64,000 nt of DNA, from assembly GCA_951406725.2 (NCBI GenBank), contig OX597831.1:27962001-28026000 (forward strand), given 5' to 3'. The position numbers and the translations under genes are program-made. The stretch's first letter is position 1. The number at the start of each line of letters is the position of its first letter. Below, in pieces: positions 41,123 to 55,454 of this stretch. Source of the DNA: Octopus vulgaris (lineage: Eukaryota). The notes under the pieces were generated by a model, which saw only the letters and a list, made by a program, of their open reading frames with translations, was not told the DNA's origin and made no database searches.

Positions 41123-41170
<48 letters not shown>

Positions 41171-41188
41171 GTATATATGGATGGATGT

Positions 41189-41323
<135 letters not shown>

Positions 41324-41628
41324 TAAGTTCAGGATTCGATTGAATCAGGTGCCTAAATAGTAAAGTACCAAGTTCAAGTCTAAGAAATAGCAACCGTGTA
41401 CATAATAAAATTAGAGGAATATATACGAAATACCGAAGTAGAGGCGGATTAATATTCCAATTGCATAAACAATCAGATGCGCCCGACTGATTATATCACG
41501 AGTCTCAAGGTTGTATCTAAGAACATACACTGCACTAAGTGTACAGCACTAAACAGACTCCAGACCCACGCTAATTGCAGATTCCGAGTAAGGTGAATGA
41601 TAAACAAATAACAGCTTGATATTGGTTC

Positions 41629-41715
41629 ATTCACTACAGCTGTTTCAAACGAGTTTTTATTTATGAATAGAGTTATTACATCATTCGAAAAAAAAGCTGT
41701 TTTCATCAGGTGAAT
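41629..41715 (-). ncRNA. Type I hammerhead ribozyme with long loop II
   Basis: Minus: AUUCAC-CUGAUGA-AAAC(~48 nt)GUUU-GAAA-CAGCUG-UA^GUGAAU. 6-bp stem I, palindromic ACAGCUGU stem III, GUA triplet. Confidence 0.8.
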
Positions 41716-41789
41716 AGACACGAATCAAACATTTTTAAAAAGCATTCCAAGAATCAATATTATGTGCCACCTCATGATTCCTTGGACGG

Positions 41790-42140
41790 CATCTTTCATG
41801 TCTTCTCTCTAGTAGAGTCTCACTTCATTTAGCATCTCTCGATAGTTCATCCGCTCTGCCGAATCAATCTTCTTCGTGTGGTGGCATTGGACTGTCACGA
41901 GTTCCACAATTACTTTGTCAATTCGGGGCGACCATCGTTGAGAGCAGTAATCTAGGCGACTGAAAACAAATGTTCTCCATAGGGGTAGCACAGAATAATT
42001 TTTCTTGCTGTGAATGATCCCATAATTCAACGAGCTATAGCGCTGCATCTTTATTCATGTGGATTCTCAGGTGAAGTACCGATTTTGACACTGGGACTGC
42101 ACTAAACCTTGGTCCTGTTTATTCCTATTGCAATCTGTTT
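41790..42140 (-). mobile_element. CR1/Jockey-like LINE fragment
   Basis: 'LWRTFVFSRLDYCSQRWSP..VQCHHTKKI..MNYREMLNEVRLY*LERR'. Confidence 0.65.
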
Positions 42141-42155
42141 CTCGGCCCATAATAT

Positions 42156-42387
42156 ATTTCTTTACTACCCACAAGGGGCTAAACACAGAGGACACAAACA
42201 AGGACAGACAGACGGATTAAGTCGATTATATCGACCCCAGTGCGTAACTGGTACTTAATTTATCGACCCCCGAAAGGATGAAAGGCAAAGTCGACCTCGG
42301 CGGAATTTGAACTGAGAACATAACGGCAGACGAAATACGGCTACGCATTTCGCCCGGCGTGCTAACGTTTCTGCCAGCTCGTCGCCT
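42156..42387 (-). mobile_element. SINE family B copy with 15-bp target-site duplication
   Basis: TCTCGGCCCATAATA at 42140-42154 and 42422-42436. Confidence 0.8.
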
Positions 42388-43079
42388 TATAATAGAGTAT
42401 ATTATATAATAGAGTATATTATCTCGGCCCATAATAGAGTACTTGAAACCTCTCAGCAGTGAAATATGCTGCACACTTGAGTGATTATAGCGAGAACAGC
42501 GAACAACCGTAAAGTAACTAAATTTTATAAGTAGTGGTATGTTCGCGTGTGTATGTCTACTCATATATGTTTATATGTACATATATGTGTGTGTATGTGT
42601 ATGCATATATGTATGAATGTATGTATTATGTATGAACATATGCATTGTATATATGTATGTACGTATGTATATAAATATACATATATATTTATACATGCAT
42701 ACATACATACATACATACATACATACATACATACATACATGCACATGTATATACATGTATGTACATAATTCTTTTAATTGAAACTGAAACTGAGAGTTGT
42801 CACGTGACTCGATTCGGCGTAAAATGACGTGTACATACATACATATATACATACATACAAACACATAATTAAACTTCTCCACTTGTCTCGGTGATGTTCC
42901 ACTAACATGCACAGTGCACTGGAAAGGCTTTCTTAATAGGACCAATGCCTTGCTATTTGCAATACTAATTCTCATCCTTATCTTGCAGCACTCGGTGACA
43001 AACCAATTCAATGCATGCAAGAATGCAGATACTGACACAGCAATGCACCCGTTCCTACTTTCTATCGTCAGAAGAAGAA

Positions 43080-44101
43080 AGGTTGCTAAAAAAACTCCCA
43101 AACATTTTCAGTTCAGTTTTCGTGCTTATCCTTACCTATGGTCATGAACATTGGGCAATAGTGAATACAAGCGGCCGAAATGGTGGAGGTGGTGAGAGGG
43201 TGTGTTATCCTCGAAGTGGTCTCTGGAATAATGTTATTCGTCAGGGTACGGAGCTCGGTGAGTAGAAATTCTATCCGGGTCGAGCCGCTGCTTTTCCACA
43301 TTGAAAAGTCACAGCTCCGGTACAACGGACATGCGATTTGAATGTCACAAGATAGAATCTCAAGACGGATTCTTCAAGCTTAGACGACCGAAAGGAGACC
43401 TAGGGGTAGACTAAGAACGAGATGGCTGGATAATATCCAAAATCTCTGTTGGTCGTTCTCAGGAATCCAGGCGGAGGGTTTAATGACAGTTGGCATAGGA
43501 TCGATCTTTGAGAGACTCCGTTTTTCCCCTGGTTCTCTTAGTGTTTTCCCTCAATCATAGAGATAAGTTTTATTTCCCGTAATTCTGTTAAAAGATTTAA
43601 GGATTTTCTTGGTAAGAATTAAAATCCACGCAACAAATAATATAGTAAACTGCTGAGAGGTCTACAAAGAAGGCACTTGTTTTCAGTTTTCGCTTTCCAT
43701 AAGCCAATAAGAAAAAAATTCAACGCTAAAAGAAACTTGATGAGACTAATGAAAGGAGCATCATCCTCCAAGCAGTATGGATCTAGTTGCGAACCCCACT
43801 TAATTTCTACTCGTCTTTTATCGTTTAGCCGGAAAACAGTATGCGTTTGCAAACAGGTTGAAGTTAAGATATGGTAGAACAGAGGTTAACCTAACCTGCA
43901 TCGGTACAGATGTTGTGAATCCCCTATATATTCAGCATGTGACGTATCTCTACATCACACAAACCACCTGATGTTGCACTGTGTGTCCACTTCCATCTCG
44001 GTGTGTGTGTTTACACGGGGTCGAGCAAAGAATTGAATAATCAATGAAGCCAACGAGGTATACATCAGTTAGTTCTTCAGTGTAACTATGGAGGTGTTAC
44101 A
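43080..44101 (+). mobile_element. RTE-like LINE 3' fragment with long 3' region
   Basis: 'FSSVFVLILTYGHEHW', 'SQLRYNGHA', 'RPRGRLRTRWLDNI'; homologous inverted copy at 12900-13865. Confidence 0.7.
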
Positions 44102-44602
44102 TACATCATACGAAACAAACAACACCTTTGAATATATATAGATAGAAAGGCGACGAGCTGGCAAAATCGTTAGCACGTCGGACACAATAATTAGCGGCAT
44201 TTCGTTCGTCTTCATGCTCTGGGTTCAAATTCTGCCGAGGTTGATTTTGCCTTTCATCCTTTTGGGGTCGATAAAATAAGTACCATTTGAGCACTACGAT
44301 CGATGTAATCGACTTACCCCTGCCCCGAAACTGTTGGCCTTCTGCCAAAATTTGAAATCAATATATACATACAAACACGCACGTAAACAAATACATGTTT
44401 ATCAAATAACTTAGAACATAAATTCTTGACTTATTCAAATGATCTCCGCCTCTAGAGGATATATTATAATTATGAAATAGCAATACATTCACACATATAC
44501 ACAGACACACGTCCACACCCCACGCCCCTACACATATATCTGTGTGTGTATATATGTGTGAGTATTTCTTGTAAATGTCGTATATATTACAAGTGTTATG
44601 TG

Positions 44603-44635
<33 letters not shown>

Positions 44636-46087
44636 ATGTGTGGGTGTTTGTATGTGTGTATGCATGTATGTGCGTGTGTGTGTTTGTGTGTATGTGATTA
44701 TGAGTATGTTTGTGTACATGTCTTCCAATAGACGTTTGTCCTATGAGTACATGGAGAGAAACACCAAACATTTTCGAAATTGAGTGGGATGCGGCCGAGC
44801 GACGATGTTATATAAAGAGGAAATATTAAACTTTTGTTTTTTACCCTTGACTAAAGTTGCTATGATACCCAGATGTTATTCCAAGAAAAATCTGGTAATT
44901 CGAACCCTCAACACCCACCACCACCACCACCATCCGTTATAATTCACTAAAATTAGGGATGTTTTTATGTCGTTTTTACATACGTCGTATGTTTTTACTC
45001 TTGTTGTTTAGCCCTAGGTTAGCGCTAGGGCAGCCCTAAGTTAGCCGAATTCATCTTTTTTCTTGTCACAATGCATCAAGGACTACATTATCTAATGTGT
45101 CTTTTCTCTAGAGATTTAGTCGCTGCATCTACCAAGTCAATCAACCATGTCGAATTCCCTTAAAATTAAGCGATACTGTTATGTAATGTTCCCATTTTAC
45201 GCATATTTGTGTAATATGTGTAAGGTGCATTGACAGAATCGGTAAATTGTCGGGCAAAATGCCTTGCTGTATTTATTCTAGCCCTGTACGTTCTGACTTC
45301 AATTCCAATACACGTCAACTTTCCTTTCATCCTTCTGGGATTGATAAATAAAACAACTATCATTTAGAACAGGTGAGACCCAATTTAATCCACTGCTTCT
45401 GAGAATCCTTAATCCTGTAGCATTCAGATTACTTTATCAAATGTAATGCTTATTTATTCACAATGGTTTGAATTAATCTTGCATTATCTTGTTGCTCCAA
45501 AAATTCAATGAAGCAAATGTTTATTTCTACATTAACATTATAGGGTAGATGTGGGAGACCAGACTTGGCCAATTTAAGCATAAAACAAGTGAAATATTTT
45601 GACCGAGCATGTCTGGTTTAAAGACTCGAGGATTAAACAAATTTTAGTATTGTTTGAAGTTTTAAGGGCTTATGAGGTTGCAAACCATCCATTGTCTTCG
45701 GCATTACTGCGAGGAACAACACGCCAGGTATTGTTAAATTTCGAAGTTTTTATATCCAACGCAAGTCAAAAGAATATACACGAGAATTTGTTGATGCAAT
45801 CACATTGCATGAATATCTCATTAATAATGTTGGAAACCATTTAGTAATGTACAAGCAAGTTCATACAGAAATTGAGACATATTTCATTATGCTTTATGGT
45901 AATATCTACGTATAATTCTTTTACAAAACTCCATCAGTCAAGTATATGGAAGTTTCAATGTGGTCGCTCTACCTGCTAGAGATGGTAATCGAATATCCCT
46001 CAAATTAAACTCTACCGTTTTAAAATAGGACGGATGATATATTACTTAATGTAGTCCTAGAGAGAGACCACGTCTGAAAAAACTCTG

Positions 46088-46490
46088 CAGGTGTGGCTGT
46101 GTGGTAAGCAGCTTGCTTCCCAACCATATGGTTCCACGATCAGTCCCACAGCATGGCACCTTGGGCAAGTGTCTTCTACTATAGCCTCGGGCCGACCAAA
46201 GCCTTGTGAGTGGATTTGGTAGACAGAAACTGGAAGAATCCCGTCAAATATATATATATACACATATATATGTGCGTGCATGCGTGTGTGTGTGTGAATA
46301 TTTGTCCCCCCGCTAAAAAACTGATATAGGTGTGTTTATGTCCCCGTAACTTAGCGGTCGGCAAAAGAGTATGATAGAATAAGCACTAGGCTTACAAAGA
46401 GTAAGTTCTGGGGTCGATTTCTTTGACTAAAACCCTTTAAAGCAGTCAAATGACTTTATGGTTGCAGTCAAATGACTGGAACAAGAAAAA
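46088..46490 (+). mobile_element. SINE family A copy
   Basis: Matches family A. Confidence 0.8.
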
Positions 46491-47287
46491 AAGAATAGTC
46501 GCGGCTGCAACGCCTTTGATCACTGGATTTTCGGGATCAAAGCTAACCTCGGGTTCAAACTGATGCCACGAGATACTCGAACATTCTGTGATTTCCTTTA
46601 GTGGTAATAACGGTTTGTGTAATGAAGACGGTGTTGTGAAGATGGCGGGGTGTAGGAAACCGAACAATGAAGAGATGAGGAGGTAGTGTGAAAATAGCGG
46701 TGAGCAGCTTTGTTCGATGATGTAGAAAACACGATGGTGAGAAAAACCTCTACATGGACGCTCAATCTGTTAAAATCTGTTTAAAATAGTTGGCAAATAT
46801 ATTTCAAATCATCTGCCTTAAAGAAAAAGAGGGACATATTAGAAAAGACAAGACATGACTACAGCTGACGTAGCTGGAATTCTTTTCATTCATGGATGTA
46901 TTCCGTCAGGTTTGATCTGGCGTTAATCAACATCCCAGTGAAAGATGTTATCCTCCTCAGACTAGTGAGCTACACTGAATGCCTGAAATGGAAACATTAT
47001 TTTACTAAAGACATCCTAGGACCAAGGGGTGATGTTAAAACACGATGGCAGGGTAAACCAGGTGATGTTAAACCACGATGATAGTGGTTGTCTATCCAAT
47101 AAAATTTCTCAATTAACTTCAGCCAACTGGTGTTCCTTCTCACTATCTGTGTATGAAGGTAGGGACCATTCTACCATAACTACTGGGGTCGATTCATTTG
47201 AAAAAAATTCTTCAAGGCGGTGTCCTAGTATGCTCACAGTCTAATGACTGTAACAGGTAAACGATAAAAGATATAAGATGCATGTAA

Positions 47288-47526
47288 TCTTTATATATAA
47301 AAGTGAAGTTGTGTGTCTGTCTCCTACGATTTAGATTCCTAACTACTCCCACATTTTGCGGTGCAGTTTAACCAAAAGCGGGTATCTTATAGTCGTGATT
47401 CATATCGAGCCCTTCTGGGTATTAGCACGCGTCTACGATGAGTCTACGATTTAAAAAGAAATTTACCATCATTTTTTCCCATTTTTAATGCATTTATTTG
47501 CTATTATATAAGGGCGATACTGCTAG
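47288..47526 (+). mobile_element. Short non-autonomous Helitron-like element
   Basis: A|TCTTTATATATAAAA start and CTAG|T end; 3' hairpin not evident. Confidence 0.5.
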
Positions 47527-48058
47527 TATACTTTATAACATATAAGGATTGCTTCGATATAGCTGCAGTAGTCAACGCTGTTGTGAGATTTCTGAAGCTG
47601 GCATATAACAATTTGTTATTTGGGACTCTTCATCGATTGTCCAAAATTCAGTTCATCTCCTCTGTCAGAGCTATTGTCCCATCTCCGTCTTGACATCATT
47701 GGGAAGAAGGCGTGATCTGAAAAACAAAGAAACGCCGTCATTTCCATCGCTGGATGAGTGTCTCTTTGTGAGAGTGATATAGTCCTTCCAGAAATGCAGT
47801 TCATATTATATACATATTCATATATTACTATAAAATAATTACCGACGTCTGAAGCAGCATTCATACCAAAAGTTAATATTTATCCCTACTTAGAAGTGGA
47901 TGTCGTGTTAGAACACAGAATACTGCATTCTTTACCATGGACTTGCGGTGCATAAAGGCACTCGTATTTATATCGATGGCGGGAGATAATAGTCTGCAAA
48001 TGCAATATATCCATATACATTATATATCCTATATATTATATATCCTATATATTATACT

Positions 48059-48573
48059 AGGTTGTCAGATAAATTCGTTCGTTTCTTACCAACGTTATAT
48101 CGATTAACACGAAAAATATTTTATTGTATTGCTTTGTGTTGTTCCCCTATTCTTCCTCTAAAACTTTTTGTTCGTCGTTTTTAAAACATGAATAAATTTA
48201 GCCTATTTTCAGATATATGGTGACGGAGTGTCAAGTAGAAAAAGAAAATGAGCATTTTTGATACCAGTTTGTCATCAATTTAACTCAAGGTTCCGAAGTT
48301 GCTGAAACCGTTCGACGTATATGTGGTTTGCACAGAGAAAGTGCTAATATTGAAAGAATTGCACAGAAATGGTTTGGATGCTTTGATGGTTTGGTGAATG
48401 GGGATGTTCTCCTTGCAGACTCTCTGCGTTCTGGATGGCTTGTTCGGTTCAATTTGAGTCGATTCAACCAGGTCAGCCACGATGAGGATCGACTGGAGGA
48501 GCAGATCGTTAAAATTGTTGATAAAAACTAAAGATTAACGCAAATGAAAAATAAACGAATGAAATTATCCGAC

Positions 48574-48579
<6 letters not shown>
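48059..48579 (+). mobile_element. Internally deleted mariner element
   Basis: Imperfect TIRs aggttgtcagataaattcgttcgttt and aaacgaatgaaattatccgacaaacct; N-terminal HTH relic 'GSEVAETVRRICGLH..IERIAQKWF..GDVLLADSLRSG'. Confidence 0.75.
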
Positions 48580-48637
<58 letters not shown>

Positions 48638-48689
48638 CTGTCTGTCTGTCTGTCTGTATACCTGCATATGTACACCGGTAGAGAGCTCC

Positions 48690-48815
48690 TTCAAATGCCA
48701 CTCCCGCGTGGGCCTGTCCAGCCATAACAGACGCCGCAGCACCAGCAGCAGCTGACCTTTTTTTTCGGGCGCAGCTCCATGGCTTCTCGAGACCGATGGA
48801 TGCCTACTACAAGTA
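48690..48815 (+). mobile_element. RTE LINE extreme 3' end fragment
   Basis: 'KCHSRVGLSSHNRRR' plus a tail similar to 31498-31540. Confidence 0.6.
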
Positions 48816-48832
48816 CCATATATATATATATT

Positions 48833-49503
<671 letters not shown>

Positions 49504-49782
49504 TTTTATTCTTTTACTTTAAAGGGTTTTTAGCCGAAGAAATCGACCCCAGGATTTATTCTTTGTAAGCCTAGCACTTATTCTATCGGTTTCTTTTGCC
49601 GAACCGCTAAGATACTGGGGTACATAAACACACGAGTATCGGTTGTCAAGCGATGGAAGGAGGGACAAACACTGGCAATACATACATACGTAAATACATA
49701 CATACATATATACATACATGCATACATACGTACATACATACATGCATACATACATACGTATGTGTATATATATATATAGTGA

Positions 49783-49844
<62 letters not shown>

Positions 49845-49930
49845 CACAGAGGAATGGTCATAAGTCGCTTTACCCATTTCTAATAATAATTTAAAAAATG
49901 AATAAAGCGACTTATAGCCATCCCTGTATG

Positions 49931-50015
<85 letters not shown>

Positions 50016-50195
50016 ATACACACACACACGACGGGATTCTTTCAGTTTCTGTTTATCCACTCATAAATCTGTTGTTGGTCTGAGACTATAGCAGAAGGCA
50101 CTTTCCCAAGGTGCCAATTACTGGGACTTAACCATCGGTTGTCAAGCGATGTTGGAGAGACAAACACAGACACACAAACATATACACACACATGC

Positions 50196-50243
<48 letters not shown>

Positions 50244-52499
50244 ATATATATACGACGGGCTTCTTTCAGTTTTCGTCTACCAAATCCACTCACAAGACTT
50301 TGGTCGGCCCGAGGCCATAGTGGAAGACACTTGCCCAAGGTGCCACGCAGTGGGACTGAACCTGAGACCATGTAGTTGTTAAGCAAGCTACTTATCACAC
50401 ATCCACGTTCACACCCGAGCATGATTTTATGAGTAAGATTGGTAATTGTCCATTCACACAAGTCTCCGCTCGCCCCGTTTATGCAAGGGAAATACTACCA
50501 ACTGGATAAGATACAGCTTAGCTTCTCTGTAATTACAAGTATTGCTATAACAACACAAAGAACTTGAAGAGACACTGCAAGCTATTTTGCCTGGCTCTCT
50601 AACGATGGAATTAGACCAGAGTGTAGTGATTCGGAACAACTGTGGCAAGACGCTCAATCCATCGCGCTAACAACTTTAATAACCTCGCCGCCATTCAAGA
50701 GTAGGAATTACAACCGTGTTTCGTGGTCTGCTCCTACAACAGATCCTTTATAGGATCCAGTTAGCTCAAGGCATCATCAGGAGGAACCACGTCCGGTTTC
50801 GGCCCCTACTCCTCTACCGTTTTGACGTGGCGGGGCCCCCGCTTTCGGAGGTGTCTTCAGCTCTGGTGTTGGGTGCATGTCTTCTTTCTTCTGTTCCCTG
50901 GCCTCTTCGATGTATCGTCAGCGAGTGTCATTTTGACCTTGAATTGTTAGAATCAGTAAAACTCTATTTAATTAAAGTGCCTTTATGTTATGAACTCAAA
51001 TCTCGGCGATATCAACCCTGTTTGTCATCCTTCAGGTAATAATAAAATTAAATAACAGTCTTGATGGTCTGTTTTTTTTCTTGTTTTGTTTTTTTTTTTT
51101 TGTTTTTTTGTTTTTTTACTTTCTACGGTAGGCACAAGACCTGAAATTTTTTGTAGGGTGGGGAAACAAAGTCAACCTCGGTTGGGATTAACTCAGAACA
51201 TAAAGACCCGGCTGAAATGATGCTATGCATTTTTTTTAACACGCTAACGCTTCTACCAGCTCGTCGTCTTCGTTCTATCCCAATATCCCTCAAACATCTT
51301 TCAGATGTGACAAGAATTATAAAAGGGGAGATAAGTCACATCTACCTAAGGTAGATAACTCACCTTGATAGAATCGAAAGCGGAAGAGATTTGATTTCTG
51401 ACGAAGGTTGGCCAAAGTTTATATTAAACCACGAATGCAATTTACTGTGAGTAGCGTTAATGTTTTTAATTAACTCTCATTAAAGCATAATCTGTCACAG
51501 AGAAAAGAGCTCAAGTTTCTATTTCTTCTCTAAAATATTACTGAAATACAAATGCAGCCCTGCGTATTACTTACAATTGTGTGAATCAGTAATGTTGTTG
51601 ATGTTGTTGTTATTTTGCCCGAGGTCAACCCTGTACACCTGCGATCCAAGATATTTCAACCGTGACCTTCTTGTCTTTTATTTAGACGTAGTATATCTAG
51701 GACTACATTATTTAATGCGTTACCGTTATTGCTGATGTTTAGTTCCGGGTTTAGCCCTAGTCCAAAAGTTCTATGACTAAAAGTGCTCCAACCGTGACTC
51801 TCTTGTTTTTTATTCGGACATAGTATAACTAAAGCTACATTGTTTAATGTGTCGTTTCATATTTAAGACATTAATATATGATTTAACGGAGATAAGTCTG
51901 GAATTTCTCGTAGTTTGAATAACGTGGCTCGTCTTTAAGTAAGAATTAAAAAATAAACATAACTCAATTTAAAGAAGAGTTTTTGATACAACAAATGCCA
52001 TGAGAGAAGGGAAATGTAACTGGAGTGACGGATTTGCCTTTTTAATTCTTAATAAAGAATCGATGGTATTGTTTTTATTCAAGCGGTGTTGTTGGTAAGT
52101 TTGTTACCTGTGCACACAGAGTTCTCGAATCTCACCGGTGTCATATGTGAAATTATTCCTTAAAATATATTGGTTCCTACATCAGGATCTGCTTTTGAAA
52201 ACGAATGAAGGGATCAAGAGAAAGGGAAAGATTAAACTCACAGCTTGTTGCCTGGTTGTTGTTTAGTCCGACGTACAAATATAATCAAAATCACTCCACT
52301 TGTGACCATCCCGTCTGTTTCTGGTTCCTATCTAAAATGATCCCATGAACACACTACCCAACATGTCCTTATTTTTCTTAGACAGTAGAGCATGACAGTC
52401 GACTGCCATTTCTAGTAGAGAGAACGGCTACATAGAGGCTACTTTGTTTTTTATTGACTCATGCTGGTATCAGTGTTAGTGTAGCATAGATTAAACTCT

Positions 52500-52900
52500 C
52501 TTTACTCTTTTACTTGTTTCAGTTATTTCACTGTGGCCATGCTGGAGCATCGCCTTTAGTCGAGAAAATCGACCCCAGGACTTATTCTTTGTAAACCTAG
52601 TACTTATTCTATCGGTCACTTTTACCGAACTGCTAAGTTACAGGGATATAAACACACCAGTATCAGTTGTCAAGCGATGTTTGGGGGACAAACACAGATA
52701 TACAAACATGTACACACACATACATATATATATGCGTATATACGACGGGCTTCTTTCAGTTTCCGTCTACCAAAACCACTCACAAGGCTTTGGTCGGCCC
52801 GAAACTATAGTAGAAGACACTTGCTCAAGGTGCCACGCAGTGGGACTGAACCCGGAACCATTTGTTTGGTAAGCAAGCTACTTACCACACAGCCACTCCT
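52500..52900 (-). mobile_element. SINE family A copy
   Basis: Matches family A, full length. Confidence 0.85.
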
Positions 52901-55364
52901 ACATCTAAAGTGTCCTTCCATCTTTTTAAAGATAGTAGGGTGTGAGGAGAGAGATTTAGCTGTTATTTCTAGCTGGGTGAACAGCTACATAGAGACTCAC
53001 TTGTTGACTCAAACTCTTATTAGTCATAATATATCTAGAAATGCATTATCTAATGTGTCGCTTTTGTCTTTAAGATAAGGGTCAAGATCCCCTTCGGTCA
53101 TAAATGACCATGGGATTGCACCTAGGAAGTTACCTTCTGAGGCACAAATCCGGACAAGGTTGTTTTACAGAAGACCAACAGTCACCCATGCATACCAGCC
53201 TCCTCTCTCCACACCATTGATGTTATCCAAGGGAAAGGCAAAGGCTGATGCAGCTTGGCACCAGTGACGTTGCAACTTGTTTCTACAGCAGAGTGAACTG
53301 GAGCAACATAAATAAAGTGCCTTGCTCAAGAACACAACACACAGCCCAGTATAGGAATCAAATTTACTACCATATGATTGTGAGCCCAACACTAACCGCC
53401 GAGCCATGGTCCTTCAGCCTAAGATAGTATTTGAGGGAGGTTTGGTTGCCATCATTTTACTGATCACATGGCCATGTGGAGGCTCCATCACTGACTCTTC
53501 TTTACAACAAAGAATATATCTAGCTTTTATTGTTTAGTTTCAAATGAGCATTTATACTGCAGTCATACACTAAAAGACGTTCTGACTGTGACCACTCCCA
53601 GTATACTTAGACTGACCAAAGCCTTGTGAGTTGATTTGATGAATATCGTAAAAAGCACCCACTACACTCTTGGAGTGGTTGGCGTCAGGAATGGCATCCA
53701 GCTGTAGAAACATTGCTAGGTCAGATTCAAGCCTGGTGCAGCTGCTGGCTCTCCAGACCTCAGTCAAACCGCCCAACCCATACCAGCATGGGAAACGGAC
53801 GTTAAACGATGATGATGATGATGTTGAAACTGAAAGAAGTGCATGGTACATAAAGCTATATATGTGTGTGCCTGTAAAAATTATGCCAAAACAGACAGTG
53901 AAGCAGTGCCTGGCCAGCTCTTGTCAGACTGTCCAACCCATGCCAGCATGGGAAATGGATATTAAACAATGAAGATAAAGAGTGTGTATGTTTCATTGTT
54001 TTGACATAGCTTGGTGGTTGTAAACAAGTCTCCCCAACATACAAGTGGTCTCATTCGTTCCCAGTCTTCCACGAAAACATAACAGTTCATAGGGAAATAT
54101 TACCTTACTTGTTTCCAAGTAAGGTTAATATTTTCCCCTGACCTCATATGTTTCCATGGAATGTTGGAAAGGAATGAGAACAACACTTGTATGATGGGCT
54201 CTGCTTGGCACCTGGGGTTTGTGCCTTCAACTTTAGCCTCGGGCCAACCAAAGCCATGTGATTAAATTTGATAGACAGAAAAGAAAGAAGCCCATCACAC
54301 ATACACACACACACATATATATATATGTATATATATATAATGTTCAAGTGTGCATGTGTATATATGTACACACATGCATACACGCACATACACATATGGT
54401 TGGTGACAGAAAGGGCAATGAGTTCTGTCTGACCTGTGCAGCTATAGCCAAGTTGACATTAAAACAATGATCACGAGTGCCTTATTTAACATCTCATTCC
54501 ACAAGAGAGTTCTAACTTACCATTTAGAGATTCTACCTTCCTTTTGTAATCATTATCAGCAATGATGGCAGCACTGCTGCTGCTGCTTCTGGGTAAATCC
54601 TTAAAATCCTTTAAAATGTTTTAGCCCGAAGGCCGCGGCCATGCTGGGGCACCACCGCTGGTGTATATAACAATAATAATAATAATTGTTTCTACTGTAA
54701 GCACAAGGCCTGAAAAGTTGGGGTAGGAGATAGTTGATTACCTGGACCCCAGTGCATAACTGGTACTTATTTCATCAACCCCAAAAGGATGAAAGGCACA
54801 GTCGACCTCAGCAGAATTTGAACTCGGAACATAGTGACAGGCGAAATACTGCTAAACATTTCATCCAGCATGCTATGATAATAATAATAATCCTTTCTTC
54901 TATAGGTGCAAAACCTGAAATTTCTGGGGCAGGGTATAATCGATTACATCAACTCCAGTGGTGGTGGTGGCGGTGGTGCAGTATAATTAATCAGAAAAGG
55001 TTGACCAAAGTGCATTTGGAGGATCAGTCTCCCTTCAGGGTGTGTTTGATAAGAGTTTACCACTATAGCTTCATACTGACCAAAGCCTTGTGAATGGATT
55101 TTGTAGGTGAAAAATTAAAAAAAAAGCCCATCATGTGTGTATATGAGTGTACGCATGTGTGTACATATATGCACACGCACACTCATACATTATATGCGTG
55201 TGTGTGATAGGGTTCTTTTTTTTCTGTCAATCAAATCCACTCACACAGCTTTGAATTTGTATGAGAAAAAAAGAAAATTTCATTTCTGATTCTGTGAATT
55301 TATAGACTTTGCTTATTTTTTTCTTTCTGTTTTTGTTTTTACTCTTGACGAAGTATTTCATAAC

Positions 55365-55413
55365 TATTCTTTCTCTCTCTCATTCTCTTTTTCTTTTTCT
55401 CTTCTTCCAACAG
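55365..55413 (+). other. 3' splice acceptor of the mTERF-like exon
   Basis: Long pyrimidine tract ending ...ttctttttctcttcttccaacAG at 55412-55413. Exon would start at 55414, 41 nt upstream of the ATG, and that stretch is open in frame. Confidence 0.75.
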
Positions 55414-55454
55414 AGTTTGCGGTCAGTCATTCCCCACCCTCAGCACGCAACAAC

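Noticed and set aside
50610-50694. Minus-strand ATGGCGGCG start (MAARLLKLLARW...)
   Set aside because: Stops after 27 codons with no convincing donor site.
50705-50785. Minus-strand CUGAUGA...GAAAC..GUU hammerhead-like motif
   Set aside because: Stems I and II do not pair.
51395-51440. CTGACGA-AGGTT...AACC motif
   Set aside because: No GAAA directly after stem II and no stem I or III.
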